This document shows, piece by piece, positions 1 through 13,554 of a DNA stretch of 64,000 nt. The position numbers and the translations under genes were made by a program. Numbering within the stretch: the stretch's first letter is position 1; each line of letters begins with the position of its first letter. The notes below the pieces were generated by a model. That model saw only the letters and a program-made list of their open reading frames with translations, was not told the origin of the DNA and did no database searches. The DNA is from Takakia lepidozioides. Its lineage: Eukaryota; Plantae; Bryophyta. The DNA lies in NCBI GenBank assembly GCA_030704615.1, contig CM060734.1, forward strand, positions 33,976,001 to 34,040,000, written 5' to 3'.

Positions 1-335
1 GCTGATGGCAACGGCCCTCTGGACAATAGCGAAAATAAGGTTGCCGTTGGGGTGATGATGATGGGCAGAGGGGCGAGAGATGTGGTTATGGATGAGGAAT
101 AGTGAGGTAAGGCTATCAGTGAAGATGTAGTATGGGGGGGGGGGGGGGGGGGGAGTGTCGAGTGAAGAGAGAGCATCGTGAATGGCCATGAGTTCAGCCC
201 TGAGGATGGTGGCAGGTCCAGGGAGCCTGAGGGCAACACCTTGACCGGTGCTGGCGTGATAAATAGCGTACCCTGCATTATGTTTGGTGAGGGATCCGTC
301 GGTGTAGTGTGAGTTGGCCGGTGGGTATTTGGGGA
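1..335 (-). pseudogene. RNase H domain of LINE ORF2
   Basis: Manual translation gives HYTDGSL...ILRAELMAIHDAL...YIFTDSLTSL, the D-E-D residues of RNase H. Interrupted by a poly-G run at ~134-153. Confidence 0.88.
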
Positions 336-433
336 TGGTGTTTTGTTGATATATTGTGGGGATTGGAGGGGGAGGCGTTGTTGGCGTGACCTGTGGGGGG
401 CGTGGTATCGCAATGTTCCAAACTTTGTTTGTT

Positions 434-1174
434 CTAATCCGGGGCAGTGTGGCGGGTGCGTGGGTGTGAGGGAGGGCAGTTGGGCGATGGATGGTGGCCT
501 TTAATTTTATGGGTTTTGGTTAGTAATTGTTCTAGTTGATGGAAGAAATGTGGCGGTATGTCTGCATGAAGGGGGTTTTGGACGTGTAGCAGCAGGGTAA
601 GGGTGGGTTCTTTCCGTTTGAGGTATTTGGGGAGAGGAGGGGTGTGAATATATTTAAGTTGGTTTGGGTCAATTGTGGCGAGTAAGTTAACCCCTTCTGG
701 GAGTCGTAGGAGAGGGTGAGAGGTGCTCGGTGTGATTTGGTGTGTGAGGATGAGGATTGTGGACGCAGAAGGAGAGGAGTGCGCAGCAAATTTTGCCATG
801 GGTTGGTGTATGTATCTGTTATTTAAAGGTTGGGTGGGAGTGGCGTGTTGTTGGTGGGTGTGTGTTAGATAATCGGTGTTAGTATTTTTGTGGAAGGTGG
901 TGAGTAGGGCAAGATTGTGTTCGGGGTCACAATCGTCATGTGGGCCGAATATGTCATCTTCTATCTGCCATGTGTTGTCTGATGAGGAGTACCCAGCCCA
1001 TTGACAGTGATAGTATGTATCAATGCAGGTGGGCCCAAAGGCACCAATGGACATTTGGGTTTTAACTCCTAGTATGGCATCAATGATGTAAGCATTGTTA
1101 TTGTCGTCACTATGTGGTGAGGATGGGGGGGACAGTGCAGTGGTTAGTTGGGAGGGGGTGGGGGAGCCTTGCAT
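434..1174 (-). pseudogene. LINE ORF2 segment containing a chromodomain (~950-1095)
   Basis: AYIIDAILG...YYHCQWAGYSSSDNTWQIEDDI matches the chromodomain pattern Y-x-I-x-x-IL...Y-x-x-x-W-x-GY-x(3)-DNTW-x-x-E. Confidence 0.8.
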
Positions 1175-4100
1175 ACTAGGTGATGGAGTGAGTGGCGTAA
1201 GCAGGTTGTGGTTAGGTTAGGGAGGGTGTGTGTTAGGTACTTGATATGGGGGATCGGGTTGTGTGTCTGTAGGAGTATTGGTGGTATATGTCGTTTTGAG
1301 TCTTTGATAGATGGAGGCAGTAGGGGAAGATCGGTACTGGGGGAGCAGGTCTTGGGCCGTATGTGGATAGTAGAGGCAGGGGAGATCACATTGGAGAGTG
1401 CAGGCTGCTGAGGGATGGCAAAAGAGAGTGCGAAGGTGGTGTAGGCATCGATTGGTTTTGGACGTGGCGCGGGAGAACTTAAGAGTGAATTCGCTTGGTT
1501 TTAAAAGTCTATGGCCGGTGGCGGTAGTAAGTTGGGCGAGGGTGGTGATGTGACATTCTTTGAAATAGGTGAGGATGGGGGTCTTTTGTTTGGGATAAGA
1601 GACGTCGAATTGTGATAAAAATAGGCTTGTGAGCCATGCTCGTTCTAAAGGTGACGAGGTGTTAGGATAGGCTCGCAGATCGGTTTGTATGCTAATTTTC
1701 ATTTGGCGTAGGATGAGTAGCGTGCGTGCAGTGGGGGAGTGTAGGCAGGCATGTGGGTGCAAGGATGATAATGAGTAGAGGCCATTGTATTTTAATGCAA
1801 GGTGTTTGAGAAGTCCCTGATAAATGATACCTAAGCGCTCAGGATCGTTGAGTGCTTCTTGTAATTGGGTGCCTAATGTATGAGCATACGAGATGATTAA
1901 TGGGCTCAAACCAATTCCGTAGTGGTCAGTAGGGAGTTGCGTGAGGGCATTGGGAGTGCTAGTCGGTAGACCACATACACGCTTTGTTAGCTGAATAATA
2001 CTTTTATCAAGTTTTTTGATGTCCGGTAGGGAGAAGGGTGCGGTGTGGAATGAGTATTGAATTTGTGTTTGTAGTACGGATTGAATGATTGATAATTTTG
2101 GTCGAATGGCAATAGGGGATTTGAGCAGGGCAAGGCTTTTGGTAGCGAGTTTGGATGATATAGATTCTTTTTGGATATGCCATATGAGGGAGGGAACGAG
2201 TTGTATACCTAGGTAAGTATATGGCTCGTCTGGTCCTAGAAAAGGAAATGGTGTGTTTTGGTAGTGTAGATAGAGTTTGCAATGTGAGGCTATGGTAGTT
2301 TTGGTGAGCCGACTATAATGTGTTGCGGATGTGATGGCGCACTTGTGCAGGCTGAGTTCCATGCCTGACCATAGATTGAATTTGAATAGTTTGTTAACTT
2401 GTCGGTTTATGTGTTGTGGTTTATGTGCCAGGATAGCTAGATCATCTGCATATGCTGCAGCGGAGATGTCACTTGATGAGGTTTTGTATTGGTATCCGAG
2501 CTTGCTGCGAGCTAGCCATCTGAGAAGGGGTTTCTCGAAAGATAATGAATAGGTAGGGGCTTAAGGTGTCACCTTGGATAGTTCCCGGAGGATGGGGATA
2601 GGCGGGGTGGAACCATAGTATGCACCAAAATATTCAGTAGTACTGTTTGTGTAGATGTTTCCTATTAGTTGGACGGCATCAGTGGGGTAACCAAGGTCAA
2701 GCTTGATAGCAAGTAGTCTAGCATGATCTAGGGAGCCGAAGGCATTTTTAAAATCGATATATAAAAGATAAATATCTTGCTTTGTAAGTTTAGCATCTTC
2801 GAGTGCGGATAGAACATACTGTATTTGTCGTGTTGTGCTGCGTGTAGCTCGGAATCCTTCTTAGGGGTCACTAAGAATTTGGTGTTGCTCGCCATAACTT
2901 GATAGCATTGTGATGAGCGTGCTGGTGAATAGCTTGTATATGGTGTTGGCCAGTGCTATGGGCCTGTAATTACTGAGATCTGTAGGGTCGCCTTTTGAAT
3001 AGTAGAATGGTTCGACTGTGCTTCCAGGAGTGTGGGATTCGTTTTAGTTTGTAACATAGTTGAAAAAAATTAAAAATGAGGGAGTGTAGTTGAGGGTCTA
3101 ATGCTTGAAGTATGGCATTTGGTACAAGGTCGGGTCCCGGGGCTTTAGATTTTGATAGTTTTTTAAGGCATGATTCGTAGAGATCAATTGTAAATAAGTC
3201 TAGGATGCGGTCCGTTGAGGATCTTCTGTTGTCAATCGAGAAGCCATCTATATCATGCCATGGATAGTGTTTAGCTTTATACATGCAGTTGGCAGTATGG
3301 AGATTGGGGTGTAAGCAGTTTGTAACTGTGGGTGTGTAGATTGAGGATGCTTGTGACCATATTTCTTGGTTGATGTCCGTTGGATTGGTTAGCAAGTGGC
3401 CGTGCCTGTGTTTGAGACAGTCGATGGGTGGGTTGAGGGCAGGGTTAAAGATGGCTTTGTGAGCTTTTTTGGGATGGTCGCGTAGCAGTCGGTTAAAAGA
3501 AGAGACGAATTTTTTGTGATTGTCGGCGGCTTTTTGTTTGGTAATACTGTAAGCAGCTTTTTTGGCATCTCTTCCAACTTTGGAAAGAGCAGTTGTCCAG
3601 TGAGCAAAATCTTGGGGATTGGCGGGTGGGGGCATAAGTGCTTGACATGTTGTTAAGGTGTTTAGGCAGGTGATACGTGGATCCGAAGGCCAGTTGTTTC
3701 CTGGGTGGATGGGGGTAGTGGTAGGTATAATGGTGAGGGCACGCCTGATTGTGTGGTATGTGTTAAGATGTGATGTCCATATACGTTTTTGAGTACAGGT
3801 AAGGTAGCCCCCATTTTGTTTTGAACGTGTAGTTTGTGGGATTTCAGGGGGGGCAGAGCAGGTGACAATGACATTGTTGGTCATTTCTTTCATTGAAGTT
3901 GTGAGTATGGTCTCGGCTTCTGTCCAGGCTTTGTCAGGGGATTGCGCGAGGTTTGCTTTGGAGAGTATGTCAGAGAGTTGTATCATAAGGTGTAAGGATG
4001 TTGGTTGGAAATGCTTTAGGAAGGTGACTATGTTATTGTGGGGAAGTGGGGTTAAGATTCTAGATTGTGGTGGTGGGACATGTATGGGTGGAATAGGTCT

Positions 4101-4779
4101 AAAGGAAATGAGAGATAGTGGGATAGTTACTGACACGGGGTAATGGTCTGAGTTGCATAGACTATTAATGTGTACATGACTGCTGAGGTATGTGGGGATG
4201 TCGTTTTGTGTCTTGAGATAGAAACCATCAAGAAGGCTTAAGGATGAGTAGTTGAGTCCACATTGTCTGGAATAGTGGTGATCGGCGGGTATATAACGGA
4301 GACGGTGTGAATGAGTAAAACTTGCACATTCATGGTCAGCGGGGGATGGAGTTTTATATATACCATTGTATATGTGACCCATGAGGGCAATGTCCCTGTT
4401 GAAATCGTCTGCTAGAATATAGTGCTGGGAGTGGGTGGAAGGTTGTGTTAATGTTTTAGAGATGCTTGGGTTTTGATGGAATGGGGGTGGGGAAGTGATT
4501 AGATAGATGTTGGTACGGGTGTGTGAGGGAGATGGTGTTACTATATAGTGCATATCTGTCTTGTGGGTCCATTGCCTAGTTGCAAATTTGGACGTGACGT
4601 GGCGTTGACGCATCAGCGTCACGTCCTAAACCGACGTTACTGTACATAAATATGTTTATTTTTTTACTTTACTATTGACTATTTACTATGAGAACCGACG
4701 TGGCAACCGATGTGGCCTCATTACGTGGACTTCATTAATTATCTGTAAAATTCATATATTATGATTTATATTCTCAATC

Positions 4780-5240
4780 ATGCAACCGTCAGCAAAGGTT
4801 GGTCGGACAAATTTTTATTTTTTTTAAATAGGTGCGACCACCAGAAGGGGGTGGTCGCACATTTTTTCTTATTTTTTAAATGGGTGCGACCACCATCAGG
4901 TGGTGGTCGCAGCATTTTCATTTTTTTTAATAGGTGCGACCACCAAGAGGTATTGGTCGCAATTTTTTCTTTTTTTAAAATAGGTGCGAATACCAACAGG
5001 TGGTGGTCGCAACTTTTTCATTTTTTTTAAATAGGTGCGACCACCAGCAGGTGGTGGTCGTAACTTTTTTATTTTTTTTAAATAGGTGCAACCACCAGCA
5101 GAGGATGGTCGCACATTTTTAATTATTTTTTAAATGGGTGCGACCACCAGCAGGGGATGGTCGCACATTTTTAATTATTTTTTAAATGGATGCGACCACC
5201 AGCCGGTGGTGGTCGCGGATTTTTTTTTTTTTTTGTTATT
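4780..5240 (+). repeat. Element A left subterminal array: hairpin TGCGACCACC-N-GGTGGTCGCA units with poly-T spacers, ~55-60 bp period
   Basis: About 8 copies visible. The same unit occurs at 13555-13822, 27370-27905 and, inverted, at 33350-34085. Confidence 0.9.
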
Positions 5241-5568
5241 AGGTACGACCGCTCCCTGGACACGTGACGAGGCATGAATAGGCAGCAGAGGCGGTTGCAC
5301 GTCAGGCCTCTCCAGGCAGTATATAAGGGCCTACCCCTCATCCCAACCCACTTTTTTCCCTCTCTGTGAGTGCGGTTTTGGGGCTTCTTGGAGTTTGAAC
5401 TTCGGTGGCCAGGACTGAGCGTGGGGGGCGGAAGTGGATTTGTGTGGGGGAGGAATTTTTTCCTTTTTTTCCAGGGTCAGCGGGAGAGTTTGCTTTGGGT
5501 ACTATACCAATAGAGGGTAGGATAGTCAGGTCAACAAAAAAGACTATCCAAGCGCAGAGGCCGCGAAG

Positions 5569-7000
5569 GTGGTGAAGCAAGTAGTGCTGGATTATTTGAA
5601 GGACAATGACATAATGCGTTTGAATATTTTGTATGTCCGACATGGGAATGAGGGGTTCCTTAGATTCCAGCACAATATGGAGATGAGAATGAGAGAGGCT
5701 TTGGTTGGGGATGAATGGGAGGAGGACAGGGCGAAGTTCCAATTCACGAAATGGATGGACGACTGGGCCCATGATGTCACATGGAATCTGAGGCAAACCA
5801 TGGACAAGTTTGTTACGAGAACACCTGTATCTGAAGGTCACATGCCAACTTCGGAGGAGAAGTTGTTTGTGCTTGTGGATTGGTGGTCTGACATGGCAAA
5901 GGCCCACGCCAAACGACGTACAAAACCACTCCCATGGAAGGCAGGGTCCTCGTCCGCGGATGTGGCATTGAACGTGAGATACATATCCACAAACGCACAG
6001 GTACAACAACTCGACGCGCCCAAACAGGGAGGGTATGGTACAATTCGGAGGATTAGAATTGTTGGGGATCAATTCATTCCTCCATCTTGGGAGCTAGCAG
6101 GGAAAACGCCCAGGGAAACAAATGTTGAGCTTGCCAAAGTCCAACATAACAATGAGGCGTTGGCTGTAAAGTTCCATCATTTCGGCATCATAAAGTATTT
6201 TGCGTTGCATCCACGTCGAAATGAAGGTTACACACATTGGTGGAATGGGGGGACCATACGATCACGGTTGAGTATTGACAGGAAATGGGGGAATGATCGG
6301 GATAACAGAGAGTTAATGGAACGACGGGGGACAGAGCAGGAAATGCAGGAGGTCAACCGACTGGTTCGATTCCGACAGAATCGCACCCAATTGGCATGGG
6401 CACTTTTGCACATCATGCTCAACGTCCATAATCACCACCTCTTGCACAACGACATGTCCCCCGACAACATCTTGTTGCATTTTCCACAAGGGTCTGAAGA
6501 TGTGTACATATTGGGGGATGGCCTCCACGACGGATGACCCAAAAATCACGTTGTACATTTTCGAGAGCAGAGACAAGATGATAAAGACTCTCGCACATAG
6601 ATGGTGGATTGCACCTGAAATTGCAATTGTTTATAATGTAGCCAACAATCAGTCAGATGGCACACCTCGTAGGCCCCCTCTAACCATGCCATCAGAGACC
6701 TTTGCAATTGGAAAGATAGCCCAGGCAATAAATGGGGGTAACACGTTCGATGCAAGTCTATTCAACGATATGTCTACTGGAACCTGTTTTACTTCCACTC
6801 TGGAAAACTTGTGTGTAGACACAGTAGAGTTGCGGTACAAACTAAAAAATGTTGTGAAGCGTTTCATGACGGGGCTATTCAATTGGCCTGAGCCCAAAAA
6901 TTGCTGGAGGATGGATAGAAACTTGTTGACCTCTGACTGTACATCATGTTTGAATAAATGTTGTTTTCAATTGTGTTTGTCTCGTACCATAATGTTTTAA
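5569..7000 (+). pseudogene. Protein kinase-like cargo gene of element A, frameshifted near 6510
   Basis: Gly-loop KQGGYGTIR, LAGK, catalytic loop LLHNDMSPDNILL, disrupted (D)WG at the frameshift, RWWIAPE. TATATAA at 5320. Confidence 0.8.
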
Positions 7001-7369
7001 TGGTTTGTTACTTGGCCATGGCACTTGGGTCCATCATATGGGATAATCAAGCACCACACCCACGAATCTTGAAGAGTGACAGTGTACACCGGGTCAATGG
7101 GTGAACCAATCGTTCCCCTGCCAAATGATTTTAGATTGATTTGAAACTTTGGGAGTGTGTTGTACATGCCCTCTTTAAGTTACCGATCAAGTATGAGGTC
7201 AATCTAAAATGGTTCTAAGGGTGAACCAATAGTTCCCCTATTAAATGATTCACGATTGAAAATTGGTTGAAAAGTTTAACAATTATATTGCTTTGGTAAT
7301 TCTAGCCCCCCAATGGCCCATTGTAACCCTTGAATTACAATTCAAAATGCAATTCAAGCCCTTCAAATT

Positions 7370-7660
7370 GGTACTGCCAGTCCCTAAAATGACCAACCCC
7401 GGCCGCCCCTCAAATTGTAATTTGAGCCCTTGAAATTGTCAATTCCAACCCCTCAAATTGCACTTCTAGCCCCTGAAATGACAATTCCCGCCCCTCAAAT
7501 TGCAACTGTAGCCTGTGAAATGGCAATTGCTAGTGCGGCCCCAGAAATTGACAATTGAAGCACCTGGAATGGCAGTTTTAGCCCCTCAAATTGCAAATCC
7601 AGCCCCTCAAATTGGCAATTCGAGCCCCATAAATGGCAATTTCAGCCCCTGAAATTGGCT
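7370..7660. repeat. Degenerate ~29-bp tandem repeat (GCCCCTCAAATTG core)
   Basis: About 10 cccctcaaattg/cccctgaaatg variants in succession. Confidence 0.7.
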
Positions 7661-7834
7661 ATGGGTGAACCAATCATTCCCCTGCCAAATGATTTTGGAT
7701 TCATTTAAAACTTTGCGAGTGTCTTGTACATGTCATCTTAAAGTTACTGGACAAGTATGATGTCAATGTTAAATGGTTCAAAGGGTGAACCAACAGTTCC
7801 CATGTTGGATGATTCATGATTAATCGTTAACGAT

Positions 7835-10050
7835 CGATCTCATATAGGACCTATCAGAGGGTACATTGAACACACTGGCCAAGTCTCAAAGCGAACGAAA
7901 ATCATTTGGATGGGCAACCATCCATCGGCCCATTGAACGAATTTTGGTTGATCTCATATTACTTTGGGGCCTCTTCCATGGCACATTGAACATGCTGGCC
8001 AAGTCTCAAAGCGAACCAAAATCATCTGGATGGCCAACCATCCGTTGAGCCATCGAATGAATTTCAATTGATTTGATATTAGTCCGAGACTTGTGAGAGG
8101 GTGTCTCGAACATACTGGCAAAGTTTGGAAGCAAAAAAAAATGATTTGGATGGGCAACTATCCGTTCACCCGTTGAATGTATTCCGCTGGATCTACTATT
8201 GCTTTGGGACCTGTTGGACTGTGTTTCGCGTGCTCACGATTTTTTTTTCATTCGGTTTTTGAATGGGGCGTGTAATGTAGTCATATGCAACGTGCGTGCC
8301 AAATTTGGAAGCGAACATAATTCATTTGGACCCAAAACCACAGTTTCTTCCCTGTTTTACACTCCAAACTTGATTTGTGTTCAACTTCATGCACTATTTA
8401 TATAAAGTTCTGCAATAGTGAGCAAAGAGAACATTTTTTTTTTTTGGCATTTTTGATTGATCCAAATTTTGGAGGGGGAGTAGTGGTGGGATGCTGGAAG
8501 CCGCAGAACAAAATTGAGCCAAAAACAAAATTGATACGTGCAAGAAACCCCCAATGAAAGGCAGTGCAAACCTATTTATTGGCTTAAAATTAATTTAAAT
8601 TCAATTACATTATGGAATGGCTTGGTGTCGATGGGGAGGCAAATGATTTATTCGTCCGTTGTGTCTCCGCACATGTGTCGCACACATGTTCAAGCACATG
8701 CGGTCAAAAGAGGGGCTTCAACCACATCCGTTCAATGGGTGCAATAGCCGTGCACGCATTGCAGGATTTTTTTTTTCGCAATAAACAAAAATCAGATGAC
8801 AACTAAACGCCTCATTGGCCCATCGAATGAATTTCGATTGATCTCATATTCCAGTGGGACCTATCAGAGGGTACATTGAACACACTGGCCAAGTCTCAAA
8901 ACGAACGAAAATCACTTGGATGGGCAACCATCCGTCGGCCCATTGAACGAATTTCGATTGATCTCATATTACTCTGGGGCCTCTTCCATGGTATATTGAA
9001 GATACTGGCCAAGTCTCAAAGCGAACCAAAATCATTTCGATGGCCAACCATCCGTTGAGCCATCGAATGAATTTCGATTGATCTGATATTGGTCCGGGAC
9101 CCATGAGAGGGTGTCTCGAACATACTCGCAAAGTTTGGAAGCAAACAAAAATGATTTGGATGGGCAACCATCCGTTCACCCGTTGAATGTATTCCGCTGG
9201 ATCTGCTATTGCTTTGGGACCTGTTGGATTGTGTTTCGTGTGCTCACGATTTTCTTTTTTCATTCGGTTTTTGAATAGGGCGTGTAATGTAGCCATATGC
9301 AACGTGCGTGCCAAATTTGGGAGCGAACATAATTCATTTGGACCCAAAACCACAGTTTCTTCCCTGTTTTACACTCCAAACTTGATTTGTGTTCAACTTC
9401 ATGCACTCTTCATATAGAGTTCCGCAATAATGAGCGAAGAGAACACTTTTTTTTGGGACATTTTTTATTGGTCCAAATTTTGGAGAGAGAGTAGTGGTGG
9501 GATGCTGGAAGCCGCAGAACAAAATTGAGCCAAAAACAAAATCGATACGTGCCAGAAACCCCCAATGAAAGGCAGTGCAAACATATTTATTGGCTTAAAA
9601 TTAATTTAAATTCAATTACATTATGGAATGGCTTGGTGTCGATGGGGAGGCAAATGATTTATTCGTCCATTGTGTCTCCGCACATGTGTCGCACACATGT
9701 TCAAGCACATGCGGTCAAAAGAGGGGCTTCAACCACATCCGTTCAATGGGTGCAATAGCCGTGCACGCATTGCAAGATTTTTTTTTCGCAATGAACAAAA
9801 ACCAGATGACAACTGAACGCCTCATTGGCCCATCGAACGAATTTTGATTGATCTCATATTGCATTGGGACCTATCAGAGGGTACATTGAACACACTGGCC
9901 AAATCTCAAAGCGAACGAAAATCATTTGGATGGGCAACCATCCGTTGGCCTATTGAACGAATTTCGATTGATCTCATATTACTCTGGGGCCTCTTCCATG
10001 GTACATTGAAGATATTGGTCACGTCTCAAAGCGAACCAAAATCATTTGGA
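7835..10050. repeat. ~1010-bp tandem repeat (~2.2 copies), built partly from ~120-bp subunits
   Basis: Anchor ctatcagagggtacattgaacacactggcc at ~7851, 8861 and 9870. Related ~120-bp monomers at 7090-7260, 7660-7830 and 10130-10470. Confidence 0.92.
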
Positions 10051-10569
10051 GGCAAATGATTTATGCGTCTGTTCATTTATTTGTGATTAATCGTTAATGG
10101 TGAAAAAGATAAACCAAAGGTTCATTGATCAAAAAAAATTTGAATGATTTGAAATTTGCCAGTATGTTCTACATGCCTCTTACCTGGACCGGAGAAGTAT
10201 GAGATCAATAAAAAATGGTTCACAGAAGGAACCAATGGTTACTTGATGTGCCAATTTCTGAATGCTTTCAAACTTTGCCATTGCATTGTACATGCCCTCT
10301 TAAAGGTACCAGACAAGTATGAGTTCGATTTAAAATATTGCAATGGGTGAACCAATGGTATCTTCATTCAGCAATTTTTGATTGTTTTGAAACTTTGCCA
10401 GTAGATTGTACATGCCGTTAACAGGTGCCGAACAAGTATGAGGTCATTCAAAAATGGTTCAAAGGATGAACCTCGTATTTCCAAAAATAACGTAGACTAT
10501 ACAGTGGGTTGCACATTTAAGTTTTCGCAACTTAAGACCTTTGGCCTACTCCCTACGTTTTTAGCCTTT

Positions 10570-13200
10570 CTAGTCATCTTCATCTAGATTTATTACTTCG
10601 TTGTCGTCATCTCCAGATGTTGATGAAGATGCTCCGGGTGTAGAGGACGTGCCTCCACCAGTACGGAGAGCTCGAGCCTGGGCTCGAGTGGTCAAAGAGG
10701 GACCCAGTGTTGTGTGGTCCATCCTTGCCATCATGCGTAGCGTTCTAGGCGAGTGTTGACTCTCTTCCACATTTGCCAGAGCCGAGTGTGTCGCTCTTGC
10801 TACGGCGGCATGTAATTTTTCAATTAAATCCGATATGTTTGGAAGTGGCAAGAACACCCCTGGAATAGGGGCAACTTGGTCACGCCATGTGTTCTGCCAA
10901 TACTTTTCCACACTCATGATGACAGCCTTGAAATTGTCCAACACCTCCTCCTGCTGGGGGTCTCTGCGCAACTCTGGAAGAAATGGCCCATCATCCCGAC
11001 GAGGCACCCAGTACGTCTCATTCATATTCTCCCAACGGATGCTAGCGGCCTCCAACTCCCTCAGAAATAGGTCTCTCCCATCGGTTCGCGATTGTATGGT
11101 CGTTTTCCGCTAGCACCCACGGATCCTCAGGCAGTCGGAAGAATCTTTGTCTGGTACAGCTCCAATGCCCTCCCAAGTTCCGGCAAAAAAGCTCCCTTTG
11201 GACTGGGTCCCGTATGCCTCTAGCACGCATGGTTATTTCCCAGTTGGATGTTACCCAAAAGGTCACCGGATCTTTAACCCTAGTTAGCGTCTTCGCATCC
11301 AAGGCGTGCATATCTCTTGGAGCATCCTATGTCATTGTCTCCCCCCAATGCTTCCAATTTAAAAAATCGTAAGACGATACATCCAATGGCATGTTGTACC
11401 GGTTGTACTCGTATCCCGTGGGCATATTGTCTTGCAACCCAAACAACTCGTAGAAACGTCGATGGATTGGTCCACGGCAGTCAGGGCATTGGCTGGCTCG
11501 CATGGCTGCCGATATGAGACATGTGGGATGGAATAAATGGCCACATGAACCAAGCATATAGCCTTCCTCCAGTCCATAAGGGTTTAGGCACATTGTGCAC
11601 ACCGTACCATCTGTTACCCATGACGCTGGATTGCTCTGTGGTATCCACGTCCGTTTATCCTCATTAATGAATGATGACATCCTCGGCCTGATGTACCACT
11701 CCTCCTCTACTTCCAAATCCCAGTTTATGTTGTTATTGGTATCGGAAATTGTATGCACACAATGCTCAAACATGGCATGCACAACACCCCATGTGGTGAA
11801 TCCAGTGTACTTCGACGTGAATACATCACGCACAGTGTCGTGCCTTTGCAAATTAGCATATATGCTATTTACGCTTCGATTCGACAAACGTGCTGCACGT
11901 TGGAGGGAGGACAACGTTTTTTCTATCCGTGTTTCCCGCGATGCTAGATGGCCCGTCCATGTCACCCAATTCCGCCAATTCCCCTTCAACCATGGCCACG
12001 ATCAGATTTGCATGGCACTTGAGTACCGATATGCAACAGCCCTAGCTTGCTCGCGTTCCCCCATAAGCTGCTCTAATTCATGTTCTTGGGCCGATGTAAT
12101 TTGCACGGCTGAACATTCCCCAGTTTCCACTATGGGGTCCTTCCCTTTTCTTGCCCTCTCCGCCGCAAGTCTTTCTTCCTCAACCCTCGCCGGGTCCAGT
12201 TCAGACGTTTGCACTTCATTCCTATGCCCGATTGAGTCAACCCCGTCGATGACGCGGACAATGTCCATTGGTGGCATATTCAAACGCGCCAATATGTCTT
12301 GCTCATTGGTGATTGGCCTCGGGTCCTGAAGCACACCGCGTACGCTGTCGAGAGTCCCCAATCCCATTCTTTCCAGCAACTTTGCTAGTTGCCACCGTTG
12401 CAAATGAATAATGTCCTGCAGGTCTTTGATGTGCTGTTCATGTGCGACCAACTGTTCCTCCAACGGAGAGCGTACCTCGCCCCCCTCCACCTCAGATGTT
12501 GAAGGCCCGGCTGCGGAGACCTGTTGCGGCGTATAATCTGGAGGTTGGTCTGCATTTCCTTCTTCTTCCACATCGTCGTTTCCATCCGCCTTTCCTCCTT
12601 CTTCCACCTCGTCGTTTCCATCGAACCGTATGATGTCATGCCCTTGACATATATACAAGTCTGGGATATCAGAGAACATGTATAGTCTAGTACGCTGTCT
12701 CGCAGTGGCAGTTTGCCAATCCACTGGTCGCAATAAAATCAACTCTATGTACAACATGGCCGCAAATAAATACGGGACCTTGTTGTTGACGAGCGGTTGA
12801 CCCCACAATGTTGTATGTACCTCCTCTGCCCTATGGCGGAAATGCGAATTGGTGCAGGAATGCAAGCTAGCTTGATTTTGTTTGGTTTGTGGATCATGCC
12901 TATCTCTGGGTTACAAACGATTTATGTGACACCAGTCCACAAATTTCCTGCAGTCACCAAGCGACCACCGCTGCCCCAACTTCCAAACTTCCTAACCTGG
13001 TTCTGCAAGAATGCTGGGGTCATTGTATATGTCCCAACGAAGTTCGCGCCTTGCCCTTTTTGGTTTTTTTTTGGGAGGTCTAGGTTCATTATCGTCATCC
13101 CTGGGATGACCTCCTCTGTCTTCTTCCTCCACCATTTATGGCTTTGGCTTACTCCTACTCGACAGGTGTTTGCTAAGAAAAATGCTCTCCCAACCCTCAT
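10570..13200 (-). pseudogene. RING-H2 zinc-finger cargo gene of element A, fragmented by stops and frameshifts
   Basis: CTMC...CGHLFHPTC...CPDC (C3H2C3) in ORF 11327..11989. Collinear ORFs at 12922..13200, 12002..12865, 11042..11311 and 10570..11055. Confidence 0.75.
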
Positions 13201-13554
13201 AAATCGTACCTAATCCTACTCCCTAATGAATCCTCCCCAAATACTAGAGGCACGTGTCACTCCCTCGGCAGTTCTAAGTGATTTGACGCAATGTGCAATG
13301 AAAAAAACGTGGGTGCTAAAGAAGGGCTTCCCGGGAGGTACTCAACATCGATTTCGTAAAATCCAACGGCCCAGAATACCCCCACTAAATCAATAGCCCA
13401 CTTGGACTCAATGACAAGGAATGCAACATCCCATCGCCCACCAAGTCCTGGTGTGGAGAAAAGTGAGGGAAAGAATGGCTTCCCAGGCCTTATAAGCCCC
13501 CCCTCCACACTCGGGGCGCGCGCTGTCATCATGACTGCGCACGCTATTCATAGC

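Larger units (their letters stand above)
1..4574 (-). mobile_element. Non-LTR retrotransposon (LINE), 3' part of ORF2: APE endonuclease, RT, chromodomain, RNase H; degenerate and runs off the window
   Basis: APE motifs YILADDFN, LLDGF, SDHYPV (ORF 2970..4622). RT motifs KAPGPD, IDFKNAFGSLDH, GTIQGDTLSPYLF, AYADDL, YLGIQL. Stops and frameshifts present. Strong C/A skew on the coding strand. Confidence 0.93.

Noticed and set aside
4780-5240. CRISPR-like reading of the element A repeats (also 33350-34085)
   Set aside because: Spacers are low-complexity poly-T/A, and the arrangement fits subterminal repeats.
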